NCBI GenBank assembly: GCA_035379625.1
Contig: DAOSVM010000003.1
Span: 334 to 64,333, forward strand
Reading direction: 5' to 3'
Source of the DNA: Ignavibacteriales bacterium
GTDB lineage: Bacteria; Bacteroidota; Ignavibacteria; Ignavibacteriales; DAOSCP01
Length of the DNA: 64,000 nucleotides
Made by a program: the position numbers and the translations under genes. Positions 20,056 through 28,665 of this stretch are shown here, one piece after another. How positions within the stretch are numbered: the stretch's first letter is position 1; every line of letters begins with the position of its first letter. The notes below the pieces were generated by a model. It searched no databases. It was not told where the DNA came from and saw only the letters and a list, made by a program, of their open reading frames with translations.

Positions 20056-21462
20056 ATGAGTATTGATAAAAAGAATATTAATTTTAAAGATTTTACAAAA
20101 TCACATGAATATAATTATAAAGAAGAAGAGAAGAAAAAAATAAGGTTAATAATTGTTTCAGGCTCGTTAGCTTTGGTATCTTTTTTATTAATTGTATTTA
20201 CCTTACCGTATACTGTTTTATCTTGGAATGGCTTATTTGTTTATACAACAGTAATTGCCTTGACAGTATTTCTTTTAATCTTACTTTTAAGATATTTTGG
20301 TATATTAATTTTATCATATATAAATGTTGTTAAATATACATATGCTGAAGTACCTAATTTTTTCCCATTTGTATCCATTATTGTTCCTGCGTACAACGAA
20401 GGAGTAACAATATTTGATTCTGTAAATTCATTACTCAACATAGATTATCCTAATTTTGAAGTAATAATTGTAAATGACGGTTCTACTGATGATACTGCTG
20501 AACAGGCTCAGAAATTAGTCGGTTTACATAAAGGTAAATATAATAATTTAATACGCGTTAGTCTTATTAATAAGAAAAACGGTGGTAAATCAAAAGCATT
20601 AAATACAGGGATACAATATTCGAAAGCTGAATTTGTTGTCTGTATGGATGGTGATTCGATTTTGTCACCAGAAACTTTAAAATTAGGGATAAGGCATTTT
20701 ACAAATCCTGAAATAGGTGCCGTTGCTGGGAATGTAAAAGTTATTAATCGTCATAAACTTATCACAAAATTGCAGGCTCTTGAATATATCGAAGGGCTTA
20801 ATATGGCCAGAAACGCACAAAGTTTTTTACAAACAGTTAATATTATTCCTGGTCCAATTGGTATTTTCAGGAAAAAAGCCATCATATCAGCTGGTTGGTA
20901 TGATAGTGATACTTTTGCAGAGGATGCAGATTTAACATTAAAAATTGTTGAAGCAGGATGGAAAGTTACATATGAACCAATGGCTATTTCATATACAGAA
21001 GCTCCTGAGAAATTATATAACCTATTAAAACAGAGATATCGTTGGACACGTGGGATTTTACAAGCACTACGTAAGCACAAACATAGCCTTTTCTCACCTA
21101 CAAAAAATTTACCAAATTTTTTTGTTTTATGGTCAATGTTTTATGAAGCATTAATTTGGCCTACTATGAATCTTATTGCAAACATTTTTTTTATAGTTGT
21201 TGCTTTATTTTTTGGAATGTCAAATTTAATATTTTATTGGTGGGTTACAATTACTATTTTAGATGTTGTTACAGCATTATTTTGTGTAGCTGTTGAAGCA
21301 GAGGAATTTAACTTAGTTTTTTATGCTATAATATACAGATTGTTCTTTATAATGATTATCGATGTAACAAAAGTAATGGCTACAATTGAAGAATTTATTG
21401 GTTTGGGTATGAATTGGGGAAAATTGGAGCGAGTTGGTTTACTAAAGCCACAAACTCAATAA
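20056..21462 (+). CDS. Membrane-embedded family-2 glycosyltransferase (PgaC/IcaA/NodC-like processive synthase)
   Basis: GT2 motifs VNDGSTDDT and DGDS, the ED motif (AEDADL) and QRYRWTRG (QxxRW), flanked by N- and C-terminal TM segments. Confidence 0.85.
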   Translation: MSIDKKNINFKDFTKSHEYNYKEEEKKKIRLIIVSGSLALVSFLLIVFTLPYTVLSWNGLFVYTTVIALTVFLLILLLRYFGILILSYINVVKYTYAEVPNFFPFVSIIVPAYNEGVTIFDSVNSLLNIDYPNFEVIIVNDGSTDDTAEQAQKLVGLHKGKYNNLIRVSLINKKNGGKSKALNTGIQYSKAEFVVCMDGDSILSPETLKLGIRHFTNPEIGAVAGNVKVINRHKLITKLQALEYIEGLNMARNAQSFLQTVNIIPGPIGIFRKKAIISAGWYDSDTFAEDADLTLKIVEAGWKVTYEPMAISYTEAPEKLYNLLKQRYRWTRGILQALRKHKHSLFSPTKNLPNFFVLWSMFYEALIWPTMNLIANIFFIVVALFFGMSNLIFYWWVTITILDVVTALFCVAVEAEEFNLVFYAIIYRLFFIMIIDVTKVMATIEEFIGLGMNWGKLERVGLLKPQTQ

Positions 21463-22542
21463 TTATTCTGCATTTGCCAACTGCCCACAAGCAGCTTTTA
21501 TTCTATTACCTTGAGTATTTCGAATAAAAACTGTTACATTTCGATTTCTTAATTGATTAGCAAAATGTTCTATTCTATCCATTGGAGTAGGCTTAAGTTT
21601 TGCTGAAATTGAGTTTTCATCTTTTATCATATGAGATATACTATTAAAAGGAATAATATTTATTTTTGATGGTATTTTCGCTGCTAATTTTGATAATGCT
21701 TCAATATCTTCATCTCTATCATTAATCCCTTCAAACATTGTATATTCGTAAGTAATTCTTTGATTTGTTACATTATAATAATATTTAAGTGCTTCTATTA
21801 CCTTTTCAAGTGGATATTTTTTGTTGATTGGCATTATTTGAGTTCTAATATCGTTAAAACAAGAATGAAGGGATAAAGCCAATTTCACTCTAATCCCTAA
21901 ATCAGCTAATAATTTTATTTTTTCAGGTATCCCTGATGTTGATATTGTTATATGATGTCTACTTAGTTTTTTTGCCATATCATGTGTAAATATTTGAAGG
22001 GATTTAATGGTAGCTTCAAAATTTATCAAAGGCTCGCCCATTCCCATATATACAATATTTGTAATTTGTTTCTGAAGATTTCTTTGTGTAATAAAGTACT
22101 GATCTACAATTTCACCAGCTGAAAGATTACGTATATATCCCATCTGACCAGTAGCACAAAACTTACAATCTAAAGGGCAGCCTACTTGAGTTGAAAGGCA
22201 TAATGTCGTTCTGTTTCTACTTTCATCAGGGATTATAACACTTTCTATTTTTTTCCCATCAAGTGTTTGATAAACAATTTTTTTTGTATATTCGACATCA
22301 TCAAATAATTCTTTTATTGGGCTTAAAGTATCTAGAATTGTATTCTCCTGTAAATATTTTCTCAAGTCTTTAGGTAAGTTATCCATAACATCGTAATTAT
22401 CAACATTATGATTATATATCCAATTGAAAAGTTGTTTAGCTCGATACTTGGGTTGATTAATTGATAAAAAAAACTCTTCAAGTTCTGCTAATGTAAGCCC
22501 TTTTAGTATCATAATTCTTACTTTTTTTATTTTAGTATGCAA
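21463..22542 (-). CDS. rlmN: 23S rRNA/tRNA adenine-C2 methyltransferase RlmN (radical SAM)
   Basis: Radical-SAM cluster CPLDCKFCATG, the C-terminal GQLA catalytic Cys context, and typical length. The true start may be the internal MILKGLT. Confidence 0.9.
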   Translation of the reverse strand: MHTKIKKVRIMILKGLTLAELEEFFLSINQPKYRAKQLFNWIYNHNVDNYDVMDNLPKDLRKYLQENTILDTLSPIKELFDDVEYTKKIVYQTLDGKKIESVIIPDESRNRTTLCLSTQVGCPLDCKFCATGQMGYIRNLSAGEIVDQYFITQRNLQKQITNIVYMGMGEPLINFEATIKSLQIFTHDMAKKLSRHHITISTSGIPEKIKLLADLGIRVKLALSLHSCFNDIRTQIMPINKKYPLEKVIEALKYYYNVTNQRITYEYTMFEGINDRDEDIEALSKLAAKIPSKINIIPFNSISHMIKDENSISAKLKPTPMDRIEHFANQLRNRNVTVFIRNTQGNRIKAACGQLANAE

Positions 22543-22627
22543 ATTTAAGCAATATAATGTAATTAAAAAACAATTTTGAACTAAAAAAAGTTTAAATTAT
22601 GTTTTTTATTAAAATAATGAGGTACAA

Positions 22628-23089
22628 ATGTACTGGGTTTTTAAAAGTGAACCTTCCGTTTTTTCGATTGATGATTTACTAAATTCATCAAATCAAACTA
22701 CTTTTTGGGATGGTGTAAGAAACTATCAAGCTCGTAACTTTTTAAGAGATAACATTAAACTTGATGATCTGGTATTATTTTATCACAGTAATGCTAAAGA
22801 ATATACAGGAATTGTTGGTTTGTGCAAGGTTGTAAAAGAAGGTTATCCAGATCCTTCACAATTTAATCCTCAAAGTAAATATTATGATCCAACTTCGAAA
22901 ATCGATAATCCAACTTGGTATTGCGTAGATATTAAATTTCTTGAAAAATTTCCTAAGGTATTAACTCTTGACGAAATTAAAAATAATCAAATACTTTCAA
23001 ATATGAAAATTGCACAAAAGGGGAATAGGCTTTCCATTACACCTGTAACAAAAGAAGAGTTTGAAGAAATAATGAAAATAATTAGATAA
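22628..23089 (+). CDS. EVE (PUA-like) domain protein
   Basis: N-terminal YWVFKSEP...WDGVRNYQARNFLRD is characteristic of EVE/thymocyte nuclear protein 1-like domains. Confidence 0.85.
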   Translation: MYWVFKSEPSVFSIDDLLNSSNQTTFWDGVRNYQARNFLRDNIKLDDLVLFYHSNAKEYTGIVGLCKVVKEGYPDPSQFNPQSKYYDPTSKIDNPTWYCVDIKFLEKFPKVLTLDEIKNNQILSNMKIAQKGNRLSITPVTKEEFEEIMKIIR

Positions 23090-23132
23090 TAAAATATTTT
23101 GTAACCAAAATTAAATTATTCCATCATACTGT

Positions 23133-23546
23133 ATGAAAAAACAAATAAATATCAAGGGTAAAAATATGCAAGTCGAACATTTAACAAAACAAACGTTTCT
23201 TGAAAAAGTTTTCGATTACGAAAACAATAAAGAATGGAAATATCAAGGTAAAGTACCAGCAATTATTGATTTCTGGGCTGAATGGTGTGGTCCATGTAGA
23301 ATGGTAGGTCCAGTTTTGGAAGAATTACAAAAAGAATATGGTGACAAGATTCAAGTTTACAAAGTTAACACAGAAGAAGAACAAGAATTAGCAGCTGTAT
23401 TTGGGATTAGGAGTATTCCATCATTATTATTCGTTCCTGTAGACGACAGGCCACAAATGGCTGTAGGAGCATTACCAAAAGAGACATTTTATGAAATTAT
23501 CAACGATGTTTTAAAAGTTCCAAGACCAATTATAGTAACACCATAA
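23133..23546 (+). CDS. trxA: Thioredoxin
   Basis: WCGPC active site in a thioredoxin fold. The start could be the internal ATG at 23166. Confidence 0.9.
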   Translation: MKKQINIKGKNMQVEHLTKQTFLEKVFDYENNKEWKYQGKVPAIIDFWAEWCGPCRMVGPVLEELQKEYGDKIQVYKVNTEEEQELAAVFGIRSIPSLLFVPVDDRPQMAVGALPKETFYEIINDVLKVPRPIIVTP

Positions 23547-23554
23547 TTTTGAAG

Positions 23555-23582
23555 GCTCTCTTAAAAGGAGAGCTTTTTTTTT
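23555..23582 (+). terminator. Rho-independent terminator of trxA
   Basis: GCTCTC/GAGAGC stem, an A-rich loop and then T9. Confidence 0.8.
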
Positions 23583-23588
23583 ATTTAT

Positions 23589-24124
23589 TAGCTCAGACGG
23601 TGTAAGCTTAAAGCTCGTGCGCACGAAGGCGCACGGGCAGGCTAACGCCAAAAATATGGTAGATTAATTAAAGCATATCTTACATAATATCAACGACATA
23701 CAACATTTATGCATCTACCTAAATAACTATTTATTAAAAATTTTCCAAAGTAATACCAAACTTTAATAATATTAAAATATTTTCGGGATTACAATATAAT
23801 TGTATTTTCGATATATTCACTTGTTCTAAAAATATATTTGTATTTGCAATATAATTGTATATATGATATATCGGCAATTATCAATAATATATTTGTAAAT
23901 ACAATATAATTGTTTTACGATATAATAGAAAATGCAATTATATTACAAAAATAATTGTATCAATTTTAAGCTGCCACGCATTTAAGAAAAATTAGAATAT
24001 TAAGGCCTCAAAGCACCGCTATTTGTAAGGTGTCTAAGAGAAGAGTTTTGCGGGCCGTTCCGGCCCGCTGCCCCTTGCGGCATGACGAATGCCGCAAGGG
24101 GCTAAGCTTATACTGTCTGAGCTA
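23589..24124. repeat. Copy A of a composite intergenic element (22-nt terminal inverted repeats, three GC-rich hairpins, 55-bp phased AT repeats); MITE/BIME/inverton-like, unclassified
   Basis: Terminal inverted repeats are TAGCTCAGACGGTGTAAGCTTA (23589-23610) and the reverse complement of 24103-24124. Hairpins lie at 23613-23638, 24050-24068 and 24070-24102. A second copy is at 48787-49525. There is no credible ORF. Confidence 0.85.
23791..23913. repeat. Three 55-bp-phased repeats, each carrying the palindrome (A/G)CAAT-ATA-ATTGT
   Basis: The palindrome starts at 23791, 23846 and 23901, exactly 55 bp apart. TATATTTG (TAnnTTTG-like) lies at 23833-23840 and 23888-23895, also 55 bp apart. Confidence 0.8.
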
Positions 24125-24143
24125 TATATTTTATTTAATTTTT

Positions 24144-24182
24144 AAAATAAAAAAAGGCAAGCTCGCTTTTTGCTCGCCTGCC
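24144..24182 (-). terminator. Rho-independent terminator of sdhB
   Basis: On the minus strand the stem is GGCAGGC/GCUUGCC (one G-U pair), followed by a U-rich run, about 30 nt after the sdhB stop. Confidence 0.65.
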
Positions 24183-24210
24183 TTAATGATGTACTTTAAT
24201 TACTTCCTAA

Positions 24211-24984
24211 TTATAACTCAACATTATTTGAGCTAAGTTTAGCTTTAATGTATTCACGATTTAATCTAGCAATATGTGAAACTGGAATTCCTTTTGGACA
24301 TTCGGCTTCACAGGCATAAGTATTTGAGCAGTAACCAAAGCCTTCAGCATCCATAGTTTTAACCATCTTTTCAACTCTTTCTTTTCTTTCAACTTGACCT
24401 TGTGGTAAAAGAGCTAATTGGGAAACTTTGGCACTTACAAAAAGCATAGCCGAAGCATTAGGACATGTAGCAACGCATGCACCACAACCAATACAAGCTG
24501 CTGCTTCAAAAGCTTCCAAAGCTGTATCTTTATGAATTGGAATATTATTAGCATCACGTGCAGAGCCAGTATTCACAGAAACATAACCACCAGCTTGCAT
24601 AATTCTATCAAAAGCGGAACGATCAACTACCAAATCTTTGATAATTGGGAATGGTTTAGCTCTCCATGGCTCAATAACAATAGTATCGCCATCATTGAAA
24701 TGTCTCATATGTAACTGGCATGTTGTAATACCTTGTAAAGGACCATGAGCTCTACCATTGATAAACATACCACAGCTACCACAAATACCTTCACGGCAAT
24801 CGTGCTCGAAGGCAATAGGATCTTCACCATTTTTTTGTAACTGTTCGTTAAGAACATCTAACATTTCAAGAAAAGAAGCATCTGTTGAAATGCCAGTTAC
24901 TTTATATTCTTTAAATTCGCCTTTTTTGCTATTTCTTGGCTGACGCCATATCTTTAGTGTTAATGATAATTTCTTGCTAGCCAT
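24211..24984 (-). CDS. sdhB: Succinate dehydrogenase/fumarate reductase iron-sulfur subunit
   Basis: 2Fe-2S ([10 protein letters not shown]), 4Fe-4S ([12 protein letters not shown]) and 3Fe-4S ([12 protein letters not shown]) cysteine clusters. Confidence 0.95.
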   Translation of the reverse strand: MASKKLSLTLKIWRQPRNSKKGEFKEYKVTGISTDASFLEMLDVLNEQLQKNGEDPIAFEHDCREGICGSCGMFINGRAHGPLQGITTCQLHMRHFNDGDTIVIEPWRAKPFPIIKDLVVDRSAFDRIMQAGGYVSVNTGSARDANNIPIHKDTALEAFEAAACIGCGACVATCPNASAMLFVSAKVSQLALLPQGQVERKERVEKMVKTMDAEGFGYCSNTYACEAECPKGIPVSHIARLNREYIKAKLSSNNVEL

Positions 24985-26897
24985 TATTTGTAACTCCTTT
25001 GACTTAATTGAATATTTTCAAATACTAAAGGTTCTTTGTTTAATTCCCAATCGCCAACCTTTTTGAATTCCCAAGCAGCAACGTAAGAGAAATTTTCATC
25101 GTCTCTTAAAGCTTCGTTTTCTGGAGTTTGATATTCTTCTCTAAAGTGACCACCACAAGATTCATTTCTATGCAATGCATCAATAGCCATAAGCTCGCCA
25201 AGTTCTAAGAAATCTGCAACTCTTGAAGCTCTTTCCAATGAATTGTTCAAGTCATTAGCAGCTCCCACAACTTTAACATCTTTCCAGTATTCTTCTCTTA
25301 AAGCTCTAATTTCTGTAATTGCTTCTTGTAAACCTTTAGCATTACGAGACATACCAACTTTATCCCACATAATTTTTCCAAGTTTTCTATGGAATTCTTC
25401 AACAGTAGTTTTACCTTGAATTGACATTAGCTTGGTAACCATATCTTCAACATTTTTCTTTGCTTTAACGAATTCTTCGTGTTCAGTAGAGACGTTAGCT
25501 GGTTTATGAGTAGCAAGGAAATCAGCTATAGTATAAGGTAACACAAAATAACCATCAGCCAAACCTTGCATTAATGCACTAGCCCCTAATCTATTAGCAC
25601 CATGATCTGAGAAGTTTGCTTCACCTGCGACAAATAAACCTGGAATTGTGGACATTAAATTATAATCAACCCATAAACCGCCCATAGTATAATGAACTGC
25701 TGGGTAAATTTTCATTGGAACTTCATAAGGATCTTCACCAGTAATCATTTTGTACATATCAAATAAATTACCATATGCTTCTTCAATAGCTTTTCTTCCT
25801 TTTCTTTTTATTGCATCTGCAAAATCAAGATAAACGGCTAAGCCTGTTTCATTTACGCCACGCCCTTCATCGCAAACGAATTTTGCATTACGAGAAGCAA
25901 CGTCTCTTGGTACTAAATTACCAAATGAAGGATATTTTCTTTCAAGGTAATAATCTCTTTCATCTTCTGGGATATCATTAGGATGTCTTTTATCGCCAGC
26001 TTTTTTAGGAACCCAAACTCTACCATCATTTCTTAAAGATTCACTCATCAATGTTAATTTAGATTGTTCTTCACCATGTTGTGGAATACAAGTTGGATGA
26101 ATTTGGGTAAAACAAGGGTTAGCAAAAGCAGCGCCTTTTTTATGTGCTCTCCAAATTGCTGTAGCATTACTGTGTTTTGCATTTGTTGAGAGGTAAAATA
26201 CGTTACCATATCCTCCTGTTGCCAAAATTACAGCATGAGCGGAATATGTTTCTAAATCACCTGTAACTAAATTTCTACAGATAATTCCTCTTGCATAGCC
26301 ATCAATAACTACTAAATCTACCATTTCTCTACGGTTGAACATTTGAACTGTTCCTTTAGCAATCTGCCTATTTAATGCGCTATAAGCACCTAAAAGTAAT
26401 TGTTGACCTGTTTGCCCTTTCGCATAAAAAGTTCTCGCTACTTGCGCACCGCCAAATGATCTATTATCTAACATACCACCATATTCTCTAGCAAATGGTA
26501 CACCTTGCGCAACACATTGATCTATAATATTAGCACTTACTTCAGCTAAACGATAAACATTAGCTTCTCTTGCTCTGTAATCACCACCTTTGATTGTATC
26601 ATAAAATAATCTATATACAGAATCACCATCACCTATATAAGCTTTTGCAGCATTGATACCACCTTGAGCAGCAATAGAATGGGCTCTTCTAGGACTATCA
26701 TGGAAAGTAAAACATTTTACATTATATCCTAACTCCCCTAAAGTTGCTGCTGCTGATGCACCAGCTAAACCACTACCAACTACAATAATATCGAATTTTC
26801 TTCGGTTAGCTGGATTTACTAATTTCATATTAAATTTATGATTACTCCATTTCTCTCGAATATTTCCAGCTGGAATTTTTGAATCTAGTTTTAACAT
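24984..26897 (-). CDS. sdhA: Succinate dehydrogenase/fumarate reductase flavoprotein subunit
   Basis: FAD dinucleotide fold [12 protein letters not shown], the covalent-FAD His context ([14 protein letters not shown]), HYTMGG, and typical length (637 aa). Confidence 0.95.
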   Translation of the reverse strand: MLKLDSKIPAGNIREKWSNHKFNMKLVNPANRRKFDIIVVGSGLAGASAAATLGELGYNVKCFTFHDSPRRAHSIAAQGGINAAKAYIGDGDSVYRLFYDTIKGGDYRAREANVYRLAEVSANIIDQCVAQGVPFAREYGGMLDNRSFGGAQVARTFYAKGQTGQQLLLGAYSALNRQIAKGTVQMFNRREMVDLVVIDGYARGIICRNLVTGDLETYSAHAVILATGGYGNVFYLSTNAKHSNATAIWRAHKKGAAFANPCFTQIHPTCIPQHGEEQSKLTLMSESLRNDGRVWVPKKAGDKRHPNDIPEDERDYYLERKYPSFGNLVPRDVASRNAKFVCDEGRGVNETGLAVYLDFADAIKRKGRKAIEEAYGNLFDMYKMITGEDPYEVPMKIYPAVHYTMGGLWVDYNLMSTIPGLFVAGEANFSDHGANRLGASALMQGLADGYFVLPYTIADFLATHKPANVSTEHEEFVKAKKNVEDMVTKLMSIQGKTTVEEFHRKLGKIMWDKVGMSRNAKGLQEAITEIRALREEYWKDVKVVGAANDLNNSLERASRVADFLELGELMAIDALHRNESCGGHFREEYQTPENEALRDDENFSYVAAWEFKKVGDWELNKEPLVFENIQLSQRSYK

Positions 26898-27565
26898 TAT
26901 TTACCTCCTCTTAACAAAAAATATAATGGTAAAGATGCAAATCCACCAGCTACAACTATAGCATATAATCTACCGATAAATTTAATTGCTGGTGTATATT
27001 TTTTATGGTTCAATCCTAAAGTTTGGAAAGCGCTTTGGAAACCATGATATAAGTGAAAACCTAAAATAATTGAAGCTATAAAATACAAGCTACCATAAAT
27101 TGGGTCTGATAATACGCTAACTGTAATATCATATGTACCAACTTGTTCCATAGCAACTGCTCCAAACTTAAATTCATACCATAGATTCCTTAAATGTACT
27201 ACCAAAAAGATAAATATTATACTAGCTGAAATCCACATAGTTCTTGACGCAAATGTACTCCCTGGATCTGTTCTCTTGTAATGATATCCTTCAGGTCTTG
27301 CGCCCCAGTTATGTAGAGTTACTCTTAAACCGTCATAAATATGTAAACCAAAACCTAAAACAAGAACTATTTCCATAATTTTTATAAAAGGTGCTAATGG
27401 GCCTTCAAGTGTTTTTACCCATGTTTCGAAAGCTTCTTTCCCACCATATAACATTAAATTACCTGTTAGGTGGACAACAAGAAAAACGATTAAGAACAAT
27501 CCTGTTAGGGCCATTAAAATTTTTTTCCCAACAGAATAATTCAATGCTCTTGTAAACCAACTCAT
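26897..27565 (-). CDS. sdhC: Succinate dehydrogenase/fumarate reductase cytochrome b membrane anchor (single-subunit, 5-TM type)
   Basis: Five hydrophobic helices with conserved His residues. It is translationally coupled (1-nt overlaps) to sdhA and sdhB, and AAGGAG lies upstream of the ATG. Confidence 0.85.
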   Translation of the reverse strand: MSWFTRALNYSVGKKILMALTGLFLIVFLVVHLTGNLMLYGGKEAFETWVKTLEGPLAPFIKIMEIVLVLGFGLHIYDGLRVTLHNWGARPEGYHYKRTDPGSTFASRTMWISASIIFIFLVVHLRNLWYEFKFGAVAMEQVGTYDITVSVLSDPIYGSLYFIASIILGFHLYHGFQSAFQTLGLNHKKYTPAIKFIGRLYAIVVAGGFASLPLYFLLRGGK

Positions 27566-27613
27566 TAAACATCTCCTTGAATTTATTTATTAATTTCCGA
27601 AATAATTTTTTAT

Positions 27614-27664
27614 TACTCTGGCGGTGTAAACCTAACGCACAACCAAAGGTTTTGCGTTTTTTTT
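27614..27664. repeat. Diverged solo end of the same element family (terminal-repeat-like sequence plus hairpin plus T-run) in the sdhC upstream region
   Basis: tactctggcggtgtaaacctaa matches the left terminal repeat of copy A at 18 of 23 positions (one gap, hand alignment). The hairpin AACGCA-C-AACC-AAA-GGTT-T-TGCGTT follows, then T8. Confidence 0.5.
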
Positions 27665-27938
27665 ACAATTCTTGCAGAATAAATTAAATAAACTATTAAT
27701 AAAATTATACAAACACGCTTATTATATTTAAGAAATGTAGCATAATTCCCAAAACATATTCTCCACTAAATATCAAAATTATGCATAAAAGATCATAAAT
27801 ATTTAGTATATTTTAAAACACCAACTTTTTATATAGCAAAAATATCAAATGGATTATAAATATAAATACTTCATACTAATTTAATAATATTATTCCAAAT
27901 ATTTAAAAAATACTAATACCACTCAACAAGGTCCTATA

Positions 27939-28625
27939 TTATTTCCCTTTTCTTAATAAGAAATATATAACAATCAATAATACACTGCCACTAAGGTAAT
28001 ATAACCATTTCGGTGTTTCTTTCAACTTAAATGGTTTAATGGTAGCAACTAAATATTTACCAGTACCTATTTCTGAATGTTTAAAAACCCAAGTAACTCT
28101 ATTTTTATACAATTCATTTGCATTGTGAGTAATAACAATTCCCGGCAAATAAACTACAACTTTAAATGTTAATGTAGAATCTGGAATAGTAAACAAAGCA
28201 TTCAATGGTGGGACAAACTCTCTAAAAACTTTCTGCCCTTCAGCACCATCTTTATAACTAATTCTAAAAACAGATAATGGTGGCACTTCTGAAAGCTTAT
28301 TAACATCCTTAAATTTGAACATTATTTGAGTATGGATAGTATTATCAACAGAATCGGAAAATGTATTAGCACTAAATTCACTTAAGTGTTCTGAAACATA
28401 TAACTTTTTTAATGTATCAGGATTGAATTGGTAAAATTTCGAAATAAATAAACTATCATTAACTCTTCTTGACTTTGTTGAATCATAAAAAGTATTCTTC
28501 CTTTTCATCCAATAATGAATAAAAAATTTACCTTCCCCATCTTTATTAAATTCAAACTCTTGATAATAATCGATACATCCGCTAATTAAAACTATTACAA
28601 AGAACAATAAGAATTTTTTTTTCAT
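27939..28625 (-). CDS. Hypothetical lipoprotein with C-terminal TM anchor
   Basis: Lipobox (LISGC) and a C-terminal hydrophobic helix. It is the last gene of the 35285-27939 operon. Confidence 0.6.
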   Translation of the reverse strand: MKKKFLLFFVIVLISGCIDYYQEFEFNKDGEGKFFIHYWMKRKNTFYDSTKSRRVNDSLFISKFYQFNPDTLKKLYVSEHLSEFSANTFSDSVDNTIHTQIMFKFKDVNKLSEVPPLSVFRISYKDGAEGQKVFREFVPPLNALFTIPDSTLTFKVVVYLPGIVITHNANELYKNRVTWVFKHSEIGTGKYLVATIKPFKLKETPKWLYYLSGSVLLIVIYFLLRKGK

Positions 28626-28665
28626 ACCTTACTCAATTTTTTTAATAAGCAAAAATACAAATTTT

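Noticed and set aside
23778-23958. The 55-bp-phased repeats considered as a CRISPR array.
   Set aside because: The repeat cores are only 13-22 nt and not identical, and the 'spacers' are themselves partly conserved between units. There are only three units, no cas genes and no leader. The array is embedded in an element bounded by terminal inverted repeats.
24031-24124. The GC hairpins considered as integron attC sites or a cassette array.
   Set aside because: There are no R''/R' core sites (RYYYAAC...GTTRRRY) framing the stems. The stems are perfect, without the extrahelical bases typical of attC, and there is no cassette-like ORF organisation or integrase.
23589-24124. The element considered as a replication origin (oriC) or plasmid iteron region.
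   Set aside because: I found no DnaA-box consensus (TTATCCACA); the best partial match is CGTGGATAC in copy B. There is no dnaA, dnaN or rep gene nearby, and two inverted copies 25 kb apart are not expected for an origin.
24030-24236. 68-aa ORF (MSKRRVLRAVPARCPLRHDECRKG...) across the right end of element copy A.
   Set aside because: It reads straight through the GC-rich palindromes, so the Arg/Pro/Cys-rich start simply reflects hairpin sequence, and then through the sdhB terminator. It has no RBS, and its counterpart in copy B is not conserved as a protein. I treat it as spurious.
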